Of a stretch of DNA of 64,000 nt, positions 30,467 to 39,781 are shown piece by piece. The notes under the pieces were generated by a model. It did not search any database and had not been told where the DNA came from. It saw only the letters and a program-made list of their open reading frames with translations. Each line of letters starts with the position of its first letter. The stretch's first letter is position 1. Source of the stretch: an uncultured Poribacteria bacterium (GTDB lineage Bacteria > Poribacteria > WGA-4E > WGA-3G); contig CATQHZ020000001.1 of the NCBI GenBank assembly GCA_958296135.2, forward strand, positions 3,712,001 to 3,776,000. Direction: 5' to 3'. The position numbers and the translations under genes are program-made.

Positions 30467-30805
30467 TTACCATACCTCTTTGCCCACCGGCGGCCCGAAG
30501 TCCATCTCTTCGTGCCGATTATCTTCTGTGATTTGCGCCAAAAGGACTGCAAGAGTATCGCCGGGGTCCTCAAACTCAAAGAAATACGCCTCTTCCGGAA
30601 ACTCCCGCACCGGCTGTGTCGCGTAACCTTCAGCAACTGTGGTTTCAACACCCGCGTTCAGATCGGGTGCCTCCGACTTAGGTAGCTGCGCTAAAAGGTC
30701 TTCCAGCTCAAAGCAATATGCCTCTGCCGGAAACTCCCGCACCGGCTGCGTTGCGCGCTCTTCGGGTCCTGCAGTTTCAACAAGATTTTTCTCTTTAGAA
30801 CTCAT
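30467..30805 (-). CDS. Small acidic protein with a MazE-like antitoxin C-terminus and an internal duplication
   Basis: LLAQITEDNRHEEMDFGPPVGKEVW resembles the MazE tail; ATQPVREFP.EAY.FE occurs twice. Confidence 0.6.
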   Translation of the reverse strand: MSSKEKNLVETAGPEERATQPVREFPAEAYCFELEDLLAQLPKSEAPDLNAGVETTVAEGYATQPVREFPEEAYFFEFEDPGDTLAVLLAQITEDNRHEEMDFGPPVGKEVW

Positions 30806-31083
30806 TGGCGAGATACCTCATTTCTCATAGGCTTGTCTGGAGTCCATCCCCCACAAACACTATTATAGCACTATTGTAGCATAGGGTGCATTCAAATATC
30901 AACTTTTTTCTTCGGAGAGCCCTCCCGGTCTTGATGTGTTGGATATCGGGACAGGGATGTCCCTCCTACCGGTTGGCGCGCCTGTTTTCCAAGCCGACTC
31001 ACTTCTCGGATGAACTGTAGGCGCGGATTTCCATATCCACCCGTTCGATCTGGGGTAAGGGCGGAAACTATAGAAATCCGCCC

Positions 31084-31776
31084 TTACAATGTGCCTAAAA
31101 TTGCCGGAATCTCATCCAACGAAGCGATTTCATAATCCGCGCAGACCTCGGGGTTGTTCGGAATTCCTTCGCGATTCAGCCAGGCGGCATACGCGCCCGC
31201 TGCTTGTGCCCCTGCCACATCACTTTCCAGTGAATCTCCGACGTGTAATAACGCCGTTAGTGGGCATCCTGCCTTCCGGGCGGTAATTTCAAAGACGCGC
31301 CGGTCGGGCTTCGCCACGCCAACATCTTGGGCGAAGACGACGAAGTCAAAACGTCGCTCAAGTCCGCAGCGTTCCGGATAAGAGTTTCCGTTCGACAGAA
31401 TTCCGAGTGTGACCTGCGGGGCTAGCGCGTCAAGCGTCGGCAAAACATCGGGATACAAGGTAATATCCTCAAAACGGTGTTTCAGGTATATCGCATTGAG
31501 ATGCGCAGCGAGCACTTTGTCCGGGTGCCCGACATGTTCAAGCGTCCGCTCAAATGCGAGTCGTCTGATGTGCTCCAGGTTCCAGATTTCGCCCTTCACT
31601 TCGTCGGCGACGCGCTCTCGAATGCCTATCATCGCTTCAATCGTCAAAGCGCGGGCATGTTGTGTCTGGACATGTCGGCGGAGTTCTATCAATGCATGCT
31701 TTAGCGAATGCCGCATGACTTTCTGGAAATCCCACAACGTCATATCGGCATCAAAAGAGACAGCTGAAATTTTCAC
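31084..31776 (-). CDS. HAD-superfamily hydrolase
   Basis: SFDADMTL, LSNG, KPD, HVGDSLESDVAGA motifs. Confidence 0.9.
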   Translation of the reverse strand: MKISAVSFDADMTLWDFQKVMRHSLKHALIELRRHVQTQHARALTIEAMIGIRERVADEVKGEIWNLEHIRRLAFERTLEHVGHPDKVLAAHLNAIYLKHRFEDITLYPDVLPTLDALAPQVTLGILSNGNSYPERCGLERRFDFVVFAQDVGVAKPDRRVFEITARKAGCPLTALLHVGDSLESDVAGAQAAGAYAAWLNREGIPNNPEVCADYEIASLDEIPAILGTL

Positions 31777-31807
31777 GGTACTTCTCCGGATTTGTTGTGA
31801 AGGCAAT

Positions 31808-32215
31808 TTACGTTGTCTGCACACCGCTCGAAGCATGAATCTGGACAAATTTCCATGCTTCGTCACTTTTCTCCAAGACACCCGTCATCCGCATGATGAA
31901 CTCTTCGGCAGGGCTGCCTTGCCACCGAAGCCGCCAGGTTTGCCGCGTATAAAACCACGCCACCTCGTCGCGCTCCTGCACCTCAAGGTTCAGAAAGATG
32001 ATGCTGAAATCCTCGGTGCTGGCGACGTGGTTTTTGTAATACGCCGCAATTGCCGAGCCGCCCGTGCCGCCTGTGCCCCCCGTGATAATCTCACCGGCAT
32101 CCGTGCCGATTTTCACGTAGTGCGAAACGGGGTGCATCAGCGCGATGAGGGTTTCAGCATCTCTCGCAACGAGCGCGTCAAAATAGGCCGTCACCGTATC
32201 ATGCGCAGTCTGCAT
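31808..32215 (-). CDS. NTF2/SnoaL-like protein
   Basis: YFDALVARD...RMTGVLEK..WKFVQIHAS pattern. Confidence 0.8.
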   Translation of the reverse strand: MQTAHDTVTAYFDALVARDAETLIALMHPVSHYVKIGTDAGEIITGGTGGTGGSAIAAYYKNHVASTEDFSIIFLNLEVQERDEVAWFYTRQTWRLRWQGSPAEEFIMRMTGVLEKSDEAWKFVQIHASSGVQTT

Positions 32216-32789
32216 CGTGAATTCCAGTGAGCGCGTGCCACAAGGCACCGCTCATTTGCTCGCAGGCCTGCACCACGGTTGCTTGGGCATCCGCCGGCAA
32301 CGCGCCGATGCGCACCAGCAGTTTTTCCGCCTCGTGCTCGTTGTGCGAATGCGTTTCAAAATACGGCTCCACCGTCTTGGGGAGTTGATAGAACTGCTTC
32401 AAGCCGGCGAGTTTGGACTGCGCGGTGGCAGGTTGCTGCGCCTCAAAAGCGTAAAGCGCGCCTAACGCCATCGCCGGCTCAGCAAAGAGTTCGTCCGCTG
32501 TTTGCAGCAGTGCTTTCACTTGCGGAACCCGTGCTTCGGAGACAGCGGTGTCCAGTCCATCGGCGAAGTCGGCCCACATATCAATGTGTTCCGTCTCCTC
32601 CTCGGCGGTTTCGGCATCGTCAAGCGTCTCCCATCCCTGCGGCAGGGTGGAAATGAAGGCACCGTATTCTCGGGCATAGTGCTGCAGCGATGCGACAGGC
32701 AATTCGCCGGCACTCCACGCTTGGTAGAACGGGTGGTTGAGTAAGTTGTAAGCTGCGATTTTTGCATCGAGTTGTTGCTTGATATTCAT
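32199..32789 (-). CDS. Heme-oxygenase-like diiron protein (CADD/PqqC/TenA family)
   Basis: LLNHPFYQAWSAGEL, EEETEHIDMWADFA, ALYAFE, YFETH motifs. Confidence 0.82.
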   Translation of the reverse strand: MNIKQQLDAKIAAYNLLNHPFYQAWSAGELPVASLQHYAREYGAFISTLPQGWETLDDAETAEEETEHIDMWADFADGLDTAVSEARVPQVKALLQTADELFAEPAMALGALYAFEAQQPATAQSKLAGLKQFYQLPKTVEPYFETHSHNEHEAEKLLVRIGALPADAQATVVQACEQMSGALWHALTGIHDADCA

Positions 32790-33149
32790 CAAAGTTACTC
32801 CTTTTTTTCTAGTTGCTATGGGCATGGCGAGGGACAGTGGACATCTCTGCAACGAGGCTGCAGCTCATACGTCTGTGCCTACACAATCGACAGCAGATGA
32901 CAGCGTCTCGGCGTAACGGCCCTCACTCTACGATAACGCCGGCTCAAGTTAAAACTACGCAAGATAGTTTAACACATTAAACGAATTGATGTCAAGAATT
33001 GGAAAATGAAATCCAGAACGGTTCAGGGAGTTCAGGCTCGCAACCCGCATCGTCCCGTGCCAGTCCTTTTTTTTGTTTAATTAAAACCCAAAATATGCTA
33101 TAATTAATTATCATCTCAAATCCATTGTCAGAAAGGAAGAAGCGTGCCG

Positions 33150-33470
33150 ATGTCAGAAAAACCAGCACCCTACCAAGGCATCCCTGAAGACAGGCTCATC
33201 CTGCGCGATTACCTCGCCGCGGACCGGACGATTCTCGCAAACGAACGGACGTTCCTCGCCTACATCCGCACCGCGCTCACGCTGTTCGTCGCAGGACTAT
33301 CCTTCGTGCATCTCAAAATCTTTAGCTCGCCTATCGTCGAGACAATCGGCGTTATTTTCATCTTACTCGGCATCGTCACATTCCTCGTCGGCCTTGTCAG
33401 ATATCAGCGGATGCAAGGACTCATTCGCGAGATTAAACGCAAAGAATTAGGAGAAGAAAACCCATCATGA
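33150..33470 (+). CDS. DUF202 membrane protein
   Basis: LAADRTILANERTFLAYIRT motif. Confidence 0.88.
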   Translation: MSEKPAPYQGIPEDRLILRDYLAADRTILANERTFLAYIRTALTLFVAGLSFVHLKIFSSPIVETIGVIFILLGIVTFLVGLVRYQRMQGLIREIKRKELGEENPS

Positions 33471-34489
33471 CACTAAAAGAAGTCGTCGTTACTGGGCAAA
33501 ATCAGGTGGTACTCCAAACGGCCGAACTCGATACATCGGCACTCGCGGCTAACGAAGTGCTACTCGACACCGAATACACCTTCATTAGCAGCGGCACCGA
33601 ACTCGCCAACTACACGGGTAGAGAACCGAAAGTCTTTCAGAAAGGCGCATGGTGCGAATACCCGTGGCGTTCCGGCTACGCGAACGTCGGCATTGTGCGC
33701 GAAATTGGCCCAGGCGTAACGCGAACTGCCCCCGGCGAACGTGTCTTCACATACGGCCGGCACGCCTCAACTGTCCGTTACTCTCAAGACCGGCTCATCG
33801 CACCCGTTACGCAAGATATCGAACCGGGCGTTATTGCTGCATCCCGCATGGCAGGCGTCGCGATGACGGCCATCGTCGTCGCTGAAATCCCAACGAACGC
33901 CACCGTCATCGTCTTTGGCATGGGGCTTGTCGGTAACCTCGCCGCGCAGATGTTCCAGATACACGGATGCCGCGTCATCGGCGTAGATCCGGTGCCAGAG
34001 AGGCGCGCACTCGCGCAACGGTGCGGCATTGAACATACTGTCGGCGGGAGCGCAGACGAAGCACAAGCACAACTTCACGAACTCACGAACGGGGAACTCG
34101 CCAACATTACCGTCGATGCCGTTGGGCATAGCGGCGTTGTGATGCAGGCCCTTCGCGCCACGGCCAACCACGGACAGATAGTCATCTTAGGCACGCCGCG
34201 CGTTTCTGTACCCGGCGATCTGACTGAACTGCTCTCCGAAACACACTTGCGGTGGATTATCATCCGTGGGGCATTGGAGTGGTGCGTGCCGATGTATCCG
34301 GACATCGGCTCCCGCAACTCGCAGTGGAGCAAGCAACAGACAATTTTTGACTGGATGGCGCGACAGCAGTTGCACGTCGAACCGCTCATCTCGCACCGTC
34401 TCAAGCCCGAACAAATCAAGCAAGCCTACGACGGCCTCCTCAACGAACCGAATGTCTACACCGGTGTCGTTTTGGAGTGGCACGCCTAA
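33467..34489 (+). CDS. MDR/zinc-binding alcohol dehydrogenase family protein
   Basis: ISSGTEL, GYANVG, GMGLVG motifs. Confidence 0.85.
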   Translation: MTLKEVVVTGQNQVVLQTAELDTSALAANEVLLDTEYTFISSGTELANYTGREPKVFQKGAWCEYPWRSGYANVGIVREIGPGVTRTAPGERVFTYGRHASTVRYSQDRLIAPVTQDIEPGVIAASRMAGVAMTAIVVAEIPTNATVIVFGMGLVGNLAAQMFQIHGCRVIGVDPVPERRALAQRCGIEHTVGGSADEAQAQLHELTNGELANITVDAVGHSGVVMQALRATANHGQIVILGTPRVSVPGDLTELLSETHLRWIIIRGALEWCVPMYPDIGSRNSQWSKQQTIFDWMARQQLHVEPLISHRLKPEQIKQAYDGLLNEPNVYTGVVLEWHA

Positions 34490-34572
34490 CCGGGCGCGGC
34501 CGTAGGGCGAGGGCCCGGCGAGCACGAATCGCCGAGGGTTCCCCTCGCCGTGCCAAGGATACAAAAACTTAT

Positions 34573-35484
34573 ATGTTCATCAACTGCACTCACTCAGAAC
34601 TGCCAGCGGGCCTCAAAGCGCGGCTCAGCCATAACCAAGTTACCGCCCTTACCTTCTCACCGGATGGCACCAAGATCGCCGCCGGTGGCGAGGGCCGCAT
34701 CTGGATTTACGCGCGGGACACCGGCGCACAGTTTGCCATGCTACCCGGGCATACCGCGCGCGTCCGAGCCCTCGCCTTCGCACCCGATAACCGAAGACTC
34801 GCCAGCGGCTGCGACGATAACACACTGTGGCTCTGGGACACAGACACCGCCCGCGAAATATCGCTCCTCGCCGGGCATACCGCCATGGTTGATGCGATAG
34901 CTGTCGCCCCAGATGGAATGCCGATGCCGGCCTGGGCAGAAGTTTTGCCGACGTTTACAACATCCCCCGGTCGGATTCGCGCCCTCGCGTTCGCACCCGC
35001 CAACTCTGCTCAAGACATACTTGCCAGTGGTAACACCGATGGAAAAATTCGGCTGTGGGATTTGGATACGGGACACGCTATTCATACGCTCGCCGCGCAC
35101 GACGGGCTCGTCTTAGCGTTGGACTTCTCGGCTGATGGCAACCATCTCGCCAGCGGCAGCTCCGATACAACCGTCCGACTGTGGGATATAGAAAACGGTG
35201 AACTCCTCGCAACGCTGATTTCGCACACCGACTCGGCGCATGCCGTGGCATTTTCACAAGATAGAGCCTACCTCGCCTCGGGTGGGAAAGACCGGCAGAT
35301 TCGCATCTGGGAACTCTTGTCCTTATCAGAAACAACCAAGGCTGAAACTGCATACGAACGCGACAGCATCGCGACAGCCAAACTCCCCGCGCAGGAGAGT
35401 GCCATCCGCGCCTTAACCTTCACCGAAGATGGGCAGCTTATGAGCGCGAACCATGATGGCACACTCTACTTCTGGCACGCTTAA
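34573..35484 (+). CDS. WD40-repeat protein
   Basis: Repeated GH...V..LAFSPDG..LASGS.D.T.RLWD. Confidence 0.9.
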   Translation: MFINCTHSELPAGLKARLSHNQVTALTFSPDGTKIAAGGEGRIWIYARDTGAQFAMLPGHTARVRALAFAPDNRRLASGCDDNTLWLWDTDTAREISLLAGHTAMVDAIAVAPDGMPMPAWAEVLPTFTTSPGRIRALAFAPANSAQDILASGNTDGKIRLWDLDTGHAIHTLAAHDGLVLALDFSADGNHLASGSSDTTVRLWDIENGELLATLISHTDSAHAVAFSQDRAYLASGGKDRQIRIWELLSLSETTKAETAYERDSIATAKLPAQESAIRALTFTEDGQLMSANHDGTLYFWHA

Positions 35485-35595
35485 ACCGCCGCACGAAACT
35501 TGAAATGACGTTGATTTGTCTCGCCGCTGTAGGTGGAGATTCGCCTCAACTTCACCTACAAAGGAACGCGACCATTTAAAAACTAAATGCCGCTG

Positions 35596-36648
35596 CTAGC
35601 AAACCCAAAGCGACTCATCCTGAGCCCGCAGACAATCTACGGAGACGGCTAACTCATGCGTCCCACTCCCAAAGACGACACCCTTCAGCAGCGTCACATC
35701 CGAATAATCGCGACCCCAGGCCACCGTGATATGCTGCTCGCCCAGCATCTGATTATTCGTCGGATCGAAGTCTACCCACTCGCCGCTGTTTCCGGTAGAC
35801 GCGCTTCGCGAGGGATCGGCCATCGCGCCATAGGGGAGGCTCTCGCTTGCCAAGCGCGCCACATCCGGAAAATAAACCGAAAACCACGCATGCGATGCAT
35901 CCGCTCCCACAAGACGCGCCTGCCCCGGGGGCGGAACAGTTTCAATATACCCGCTCACATAACGCGCCGCCAACCCCATCGCCCGAAGACACCCGATACC
36001 CAAATGCGCAAAATCTTGGCAGACACCGCGACGATGCCCCAACACCTCCGCTAACGGTGTCGCAACCGTGGTAAACCCCGGGTCGTACGTGAAATCGGTA
36101 TAGAGGCGCGCCATTAAGTCTTGCACCGCATCTCGCAGCAGTCTCCCCGGCGCAAACGATGGCGTTGCATACTCCCTAAGTGCCGATAACCGCATCGGAA
36201 TCATCGGCGAATCTAGCAGATACTGCCGTATCTCTAAAATCTCCGGATGTTGCGCCGTGTGGAGTTGCGCACGAACCTCTTCCCACGTTGCGCCTTCAGC
36301 AACTTCGCGCGCCGCCGTGCTACTCTGCTGCACCTCCACACGACTCGTCACGGTGATGGTAAGTGCCTGATGCGGCCGCTGAATCGCAAAATAACAGACA
36401 GTATTCCCGAAGAAATCCTCACGCTCCCGATAATTCGCCGGCTCTGGTTCAACGACAAATCGGCTGCGGCTAACCTGTTGCAAATGCCCCCACTCCGACA
36501 GCACCCCATTCGGCGTGTAATGTTTATAGGGCTGTCTTGCGAAACTCCGCGGCATCAGCCGCGCCTCGTTATAGGAGAGATTCGCCGTGTCGCTATAAGT
36601 GTAGTGCGTTTTATGCGTAATTTGATAATGCACTGTTTTTCTCAACAC
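35596..36648 (-). CDS. Bacterial transglutaminase family protein
   Basis: YQITHKTHYTY N-terminus; GVCQDFAH, ASHAW, DPTN, GRDYSDV motifs. Confidence 0.92.
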   Translation of the reverse strand: MLRKTVHYQITHKTHYTYSDTANLSYNEARLMPRSFARQPYKHYTPNGVLSEWGHLQQVSRSRFVVEPEPANYREREDFFGNTVCYFAIQRPHQALTITVTSRVEVQQSSTAAREVAEGATWEEVRAQLHTAQHPEILEIRQYLLDSPMIPMRLSALREYATPSFAPGRLLRDAVQDLMARLYTDFTYDPGFTTVATPLAEVLGHRRGVCQDFAHLGIGCLRAMGLAARYVSGYIETVPPPGQARLVGADASHAWFSVYFPDVARLASESLPYGAMADPSRSASTGNSGEWVDFDPTNNQMLGEQHITVAWGRDYSDVTLLKGVVFGSGTHELAVSVDCLRAQDESLWVC

Positions 36649-36654
36649 CGGTAG

Positions 36655-36865
36655 GAGAGACCTCCCGGTCTCGACTTCCCCGGTACAAGGAACCTCCCGC
36701 GTCCCGATTCATTCCGTAGGAGGGACATCCCTGTCCCGATGCCTCCCCCGGTACAAGGAACCTCCCGCGTCCCGAGACTCTTATACATCGGCACAATTTC
36801 GTATCAGCCCGTAGCGCGAGGGAAAACCCGGCGAGCGCGAATCGCCGAGGGTTTCCCTCGCGAAC
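36655..36865. repeat. Intergenic REP cluster (families A and D)
   Basis: GTAGGAGAGACCTCCCGGTCTCG, GTAGGAGGGACATCC and GTAGCGCGAGGG...AATCGCCGAGGGTTTCCCTCGC. Confidence 0.85.
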
Positions 36866-36895
36866 CCCGTCCCCACGAAAAACCCACGGTTATCA

Positions 36896-39532
36896 CTAGT
36901 TTATCCGCACCAACTGCTGCGGCCCCTGCACATGACTGAAATACGTCCGCGTTAACGCATCTGAAATTTCCAGAAGCAGCTGCGCCAGCCGCGCCAGAAG
37001 TTTCTCTAACCCCTGACGCTCTGGCATCTTTTCAGAACGTTCTGCGAGCTGCATCGTATCCGAGAGTTGCAGCTGCGTCAACGCCTCCAAAATCAGCTGC
37101 TCCTCCGGACTCAGGCGATACCCGAGTTTCTCCCGCGGCAGCGAACGGATTTGCGCCTGTAGCCGTTTTAATTGATAGACGAGGGCACGTGGATTACTTT
37201 CATCAAGCAGCAGCAATTCCAGCACCGTCGGAAAATGCAATTCCGCGCGATACCTGCCGCGATAGGTAATCAGACTCTCCGCCGCCGCCAAAATGGCTTC
37301 CAGCAACCGCTGTTCAACCCAGTTATCAGATGCCCCGACGAGACTGGAACGGCACAGCCAAATCAGCAGGAGCGCGCGTTCAATCCGCCGCCCCATATCA
37401 AGGCTGAGCCAGCCTATCGTCTGCGTCATGCTCTCGGCGTTCAAGCCTGTTAGGGCAGCGAGAAAAATCATCAGCTGATCGATTTCTGTCTGGATATCCT
37501 GCTGTGCGCGCGTCTCCAATTCCTTATTGCCGGGCGGCGCGCTCCGCCAGTCCTGCCGTTTTTCCAACACCTTTTTCTCAAGCGCGCTACACAAACTTTC
37601 AATGTTATTCATCACGCGCCATGTATCAGTAGACCATCTGTCACGCACCGCATACGCGGCACTCACCATCGCCCGGAGCGTTGAGACAAGACTGCCGCGC
37701 TGTTTCGTGTCGAGAGTGATAGCAAACAGTTCGTCCGTTAACGTCGTCCCCTTGGACGCGTTGCGTCCATCAGTGTTACCAGAGAACCCGGTCACAGCAC
37801 GGAGCAAACTGCGCAGATACGTCAATTCCGAGCCCCCTCGCGTGCCCTCTGTTAACGGACTTGCCTGCAATGTATCCATGATAATCCGCAGCAACCGCGC
37901 CTGTCCCTCCGCACGTTCCGCGTAACGCCCTACCCAAAACAGATTTTCGGCAGAACGGCTCGACAACCCCTGCGAATTCCCAACGTTGTCATACGCCAAC
38001 GGACGCAGGTAGCCGCTCTTTGGCTGCCGCCATAGACTGACGTGCGGCTCAGGCTCATCGGCGAGGACCCAGGTATCCTTACTCACGCCGCCGGCCCGGC
38101 TCGAGACGATGAGCGCGCCTTTCTTCGCCGCGCGCCGCGTGAGCCCCCCCGGCATCACAACGTACCCCTCTTTTTGTGCGAACAAGAAACTGCGGAGCGT
38201 CGCGTGGCGCGGCTCAAGCCTGCCTGCAATCAGCGAAGGCGTTGTCGAGAAATGCACCTGCTCCTGTCCGACGTAAAGATGCGGTTCCGCACGAATCCGC
38301 TCGCGGAGCGTCGCCCGCGCCGCGCTGCTCATCTCTGCCCCAAACAGCGGATAGGCATCCATCGGTTTTCGGTGAATCGTTTTGATAACGAGGCGTTCAA
38401 GGTTCTCTAGCACATACGCCAACTGCTTTGGCTGCCCGCACCACCACGTCGCCACCGATGGCAGAAGCAGTGAGCCGCCATTAGGCACAATGCCAAACCA
38501 CTTTGCGATGCCCGGCAGAAACGGCATCAAGCCCGGATTCTCCAAAACGCTGCTCCCCGGCGCATTCACCACAACGACATTGCCGAGCCGAATCGCTTCC
38601 ATCAACCCTGCAACACCGAGCCGCGAGTCCTGCCGTAATTCCAGCGGATCGCAGAAGACATCGTCCACTCGCCGCAAAATAATATCTACCGGACGCAATC
38701 CATCAAGCGATTTCAACCAGACGCGCCCATCCCACACCGTCAAATCATCCCCCTGCACGAGGGTATAACCGAGATAACTCGCCAAATACGCATGCTCAAA
38801 ATAGGTCTCGTTGAGCGGACCGGGTGTCAGCACAACGACATGCGGGTTCGCTTTCCCGTGTGGCGCGATTTCTGACAAGCCGTTCTGCAACGCACGAAAG
38901 AAGAAAGAGAGCCGATGCACACCCACATCGCCAAATAGATTGGGCATCACCCGCGCCAGCGCAGTACGGTTTTCAAGCGCATACCCCGCACCCGACGGAG
39001 CCTGCGTCCGGTCGCTCAGCACCCACATTCTCCCATCAGACCCGCGTGCCAAATCCGCCGCATACATCAGGAGAAGCGACCTCCCAGCCGCAATCCCATC
39101 ACACCCCCGCAAAAATCCAGCGTGTGCATAGACAACCTCCGGCGGCAGCACCCCTTCCTTAATAAGCCGACGTTCCCCATATAAATCCGCCAGCACGAGG
39201 TTCAGCAACTCGGCGCGCTGCGTCAATCCGGCAGAGATAACCTCCCAATCCGAATGCGATAAAATCAGCGGAATCGGATCCAACTCCCACGGACGATGGC
39301 CCCGCTCTTCCCCATGCACAACATAGGTGACACCGTTCTCCCGCAGCAACCGCCGAACTTCCCGGTGACGCACTTGCATCTCATCAAGTCCAAACGACTC
39401 AAGTGCCGCAATGAAAGCGCGCCAATGCGAATTGACATGCCGCCCCGAAGTCAGCATCTCATCAAAAGACGCATCCGCAGTCGTATATATATCCTCAATA
39501 ACGGTGTAGTCTGTGTCGTTTGAACGCTGCAT
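36896..39532 (-). CDS. Circularly permuted type-2 ATP-grasp fused to an alpha-E domain
   Basis: DRTQAPSGAGYALENR, YFEHAYLA, SKDTWV, then alpha-E SRSAENLFWVGRYAERAE and GRRIERA. Confidence 0.92.
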   Translation of the reverse strand: MQRSNDTDYTVIEDIYTTADASFDEMLTSGRHVNSHWRAFIAALESFGLDEMQVRHREVRRLLRENGVTYVVHGEERGHRPWELDPIPLILSHSDWEVISAGLTQRAELLNLVLADLYGERRLIKEGVLPPEVVYAHAGFLRGCDGIAAGRSLLLMYAADLARGSDGRMWVLSDRTQAPSGAGYALENRTALARVMPNLFGDVGVHRLSFFFRALQNGLSEIAPHGKANPHVVVLTPGPLNETYFEHAYLASYLGYTLVQGDDLTVWDGRVWLKSLDGLRPVDIILRRVDDVFCDPLELRQDSRLGVAGLMEAIRLGNVVVVNAPGSSVLENPGLMPFLPGIAKWFGIVPNGGSLLLPSVATWWCGQPKQLAYVLENLERLVIKTIHRKPMDAYPLFGAEMSSAARATLRERIRAEPHLYVGQEQVHFSTTPSLIAGRLEPRHATLRSFLFAQKEGYVVMPGGLTRRAAKKGALIVSSRAGGVSKDTWVLADEPEPHVSLWRQPKSGYLRPLAYDNVGNSQGLSSRSAENLFWVGRYAERAEGQARLLRIIMDTLQASPLTEGTRGGSELTYLRSLLRAVTGFSGNTDGRNASKGTTLTDELFAITLDTKQRGSLVSTLRAMVSAAYAVRDRWSTDTWRVMNNIESLCSALEKKVLEKRQDWRSAPPGNKELETRAQQDIQTEIDQLMIFLAALTGLNAESMTQTIGWLSLDMGRRIERALLLIWLCRSSLVGASDNWVEQRLLEAILAAAESLITYRGRYRAELHFPTVLELLLLDESNPRALVYQLKRLQAQIRSLPREKLGYRLSPEEQLILEALTQLQLSDTMQLAERSEKMPERQGLEKLLARLAQLLLEISDALTRTYFSHVQGPQQLVRIN

Positions 39533-39642
39533 ACCTTTTGCCCAATCCCCGCGCCATCCCAGATTTTCTCAAAAACAGCGAACGGTAACGTCCATTACGT
39601 CACGCGCTGAAAACTCGTTGCCGCTGCACTGCTTGAAATATT

Positions 39643-39752
39643 ATAATACGCCACATCTCGCAAAATGTCAAACCTATTCTGAATCCCGCGATTCAGACAA
39701 ACGAAGCCCGCGAAACAATTTTCTTGCAATTTATCCCAAATCACGTTATAAT
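39643..39752. promoter_or_regulatory. Divergent sigma70-type promoters
   Basis: Minus strand TTGACA-17-TATTAT (39671-39643); plus strand TTGCAA-17-TATAAT (39724-39752). Confidence 0.6.
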
Positions 39753-39781
39753 CCTCCCTAAATCACCCAGGCTGGAGGCCA

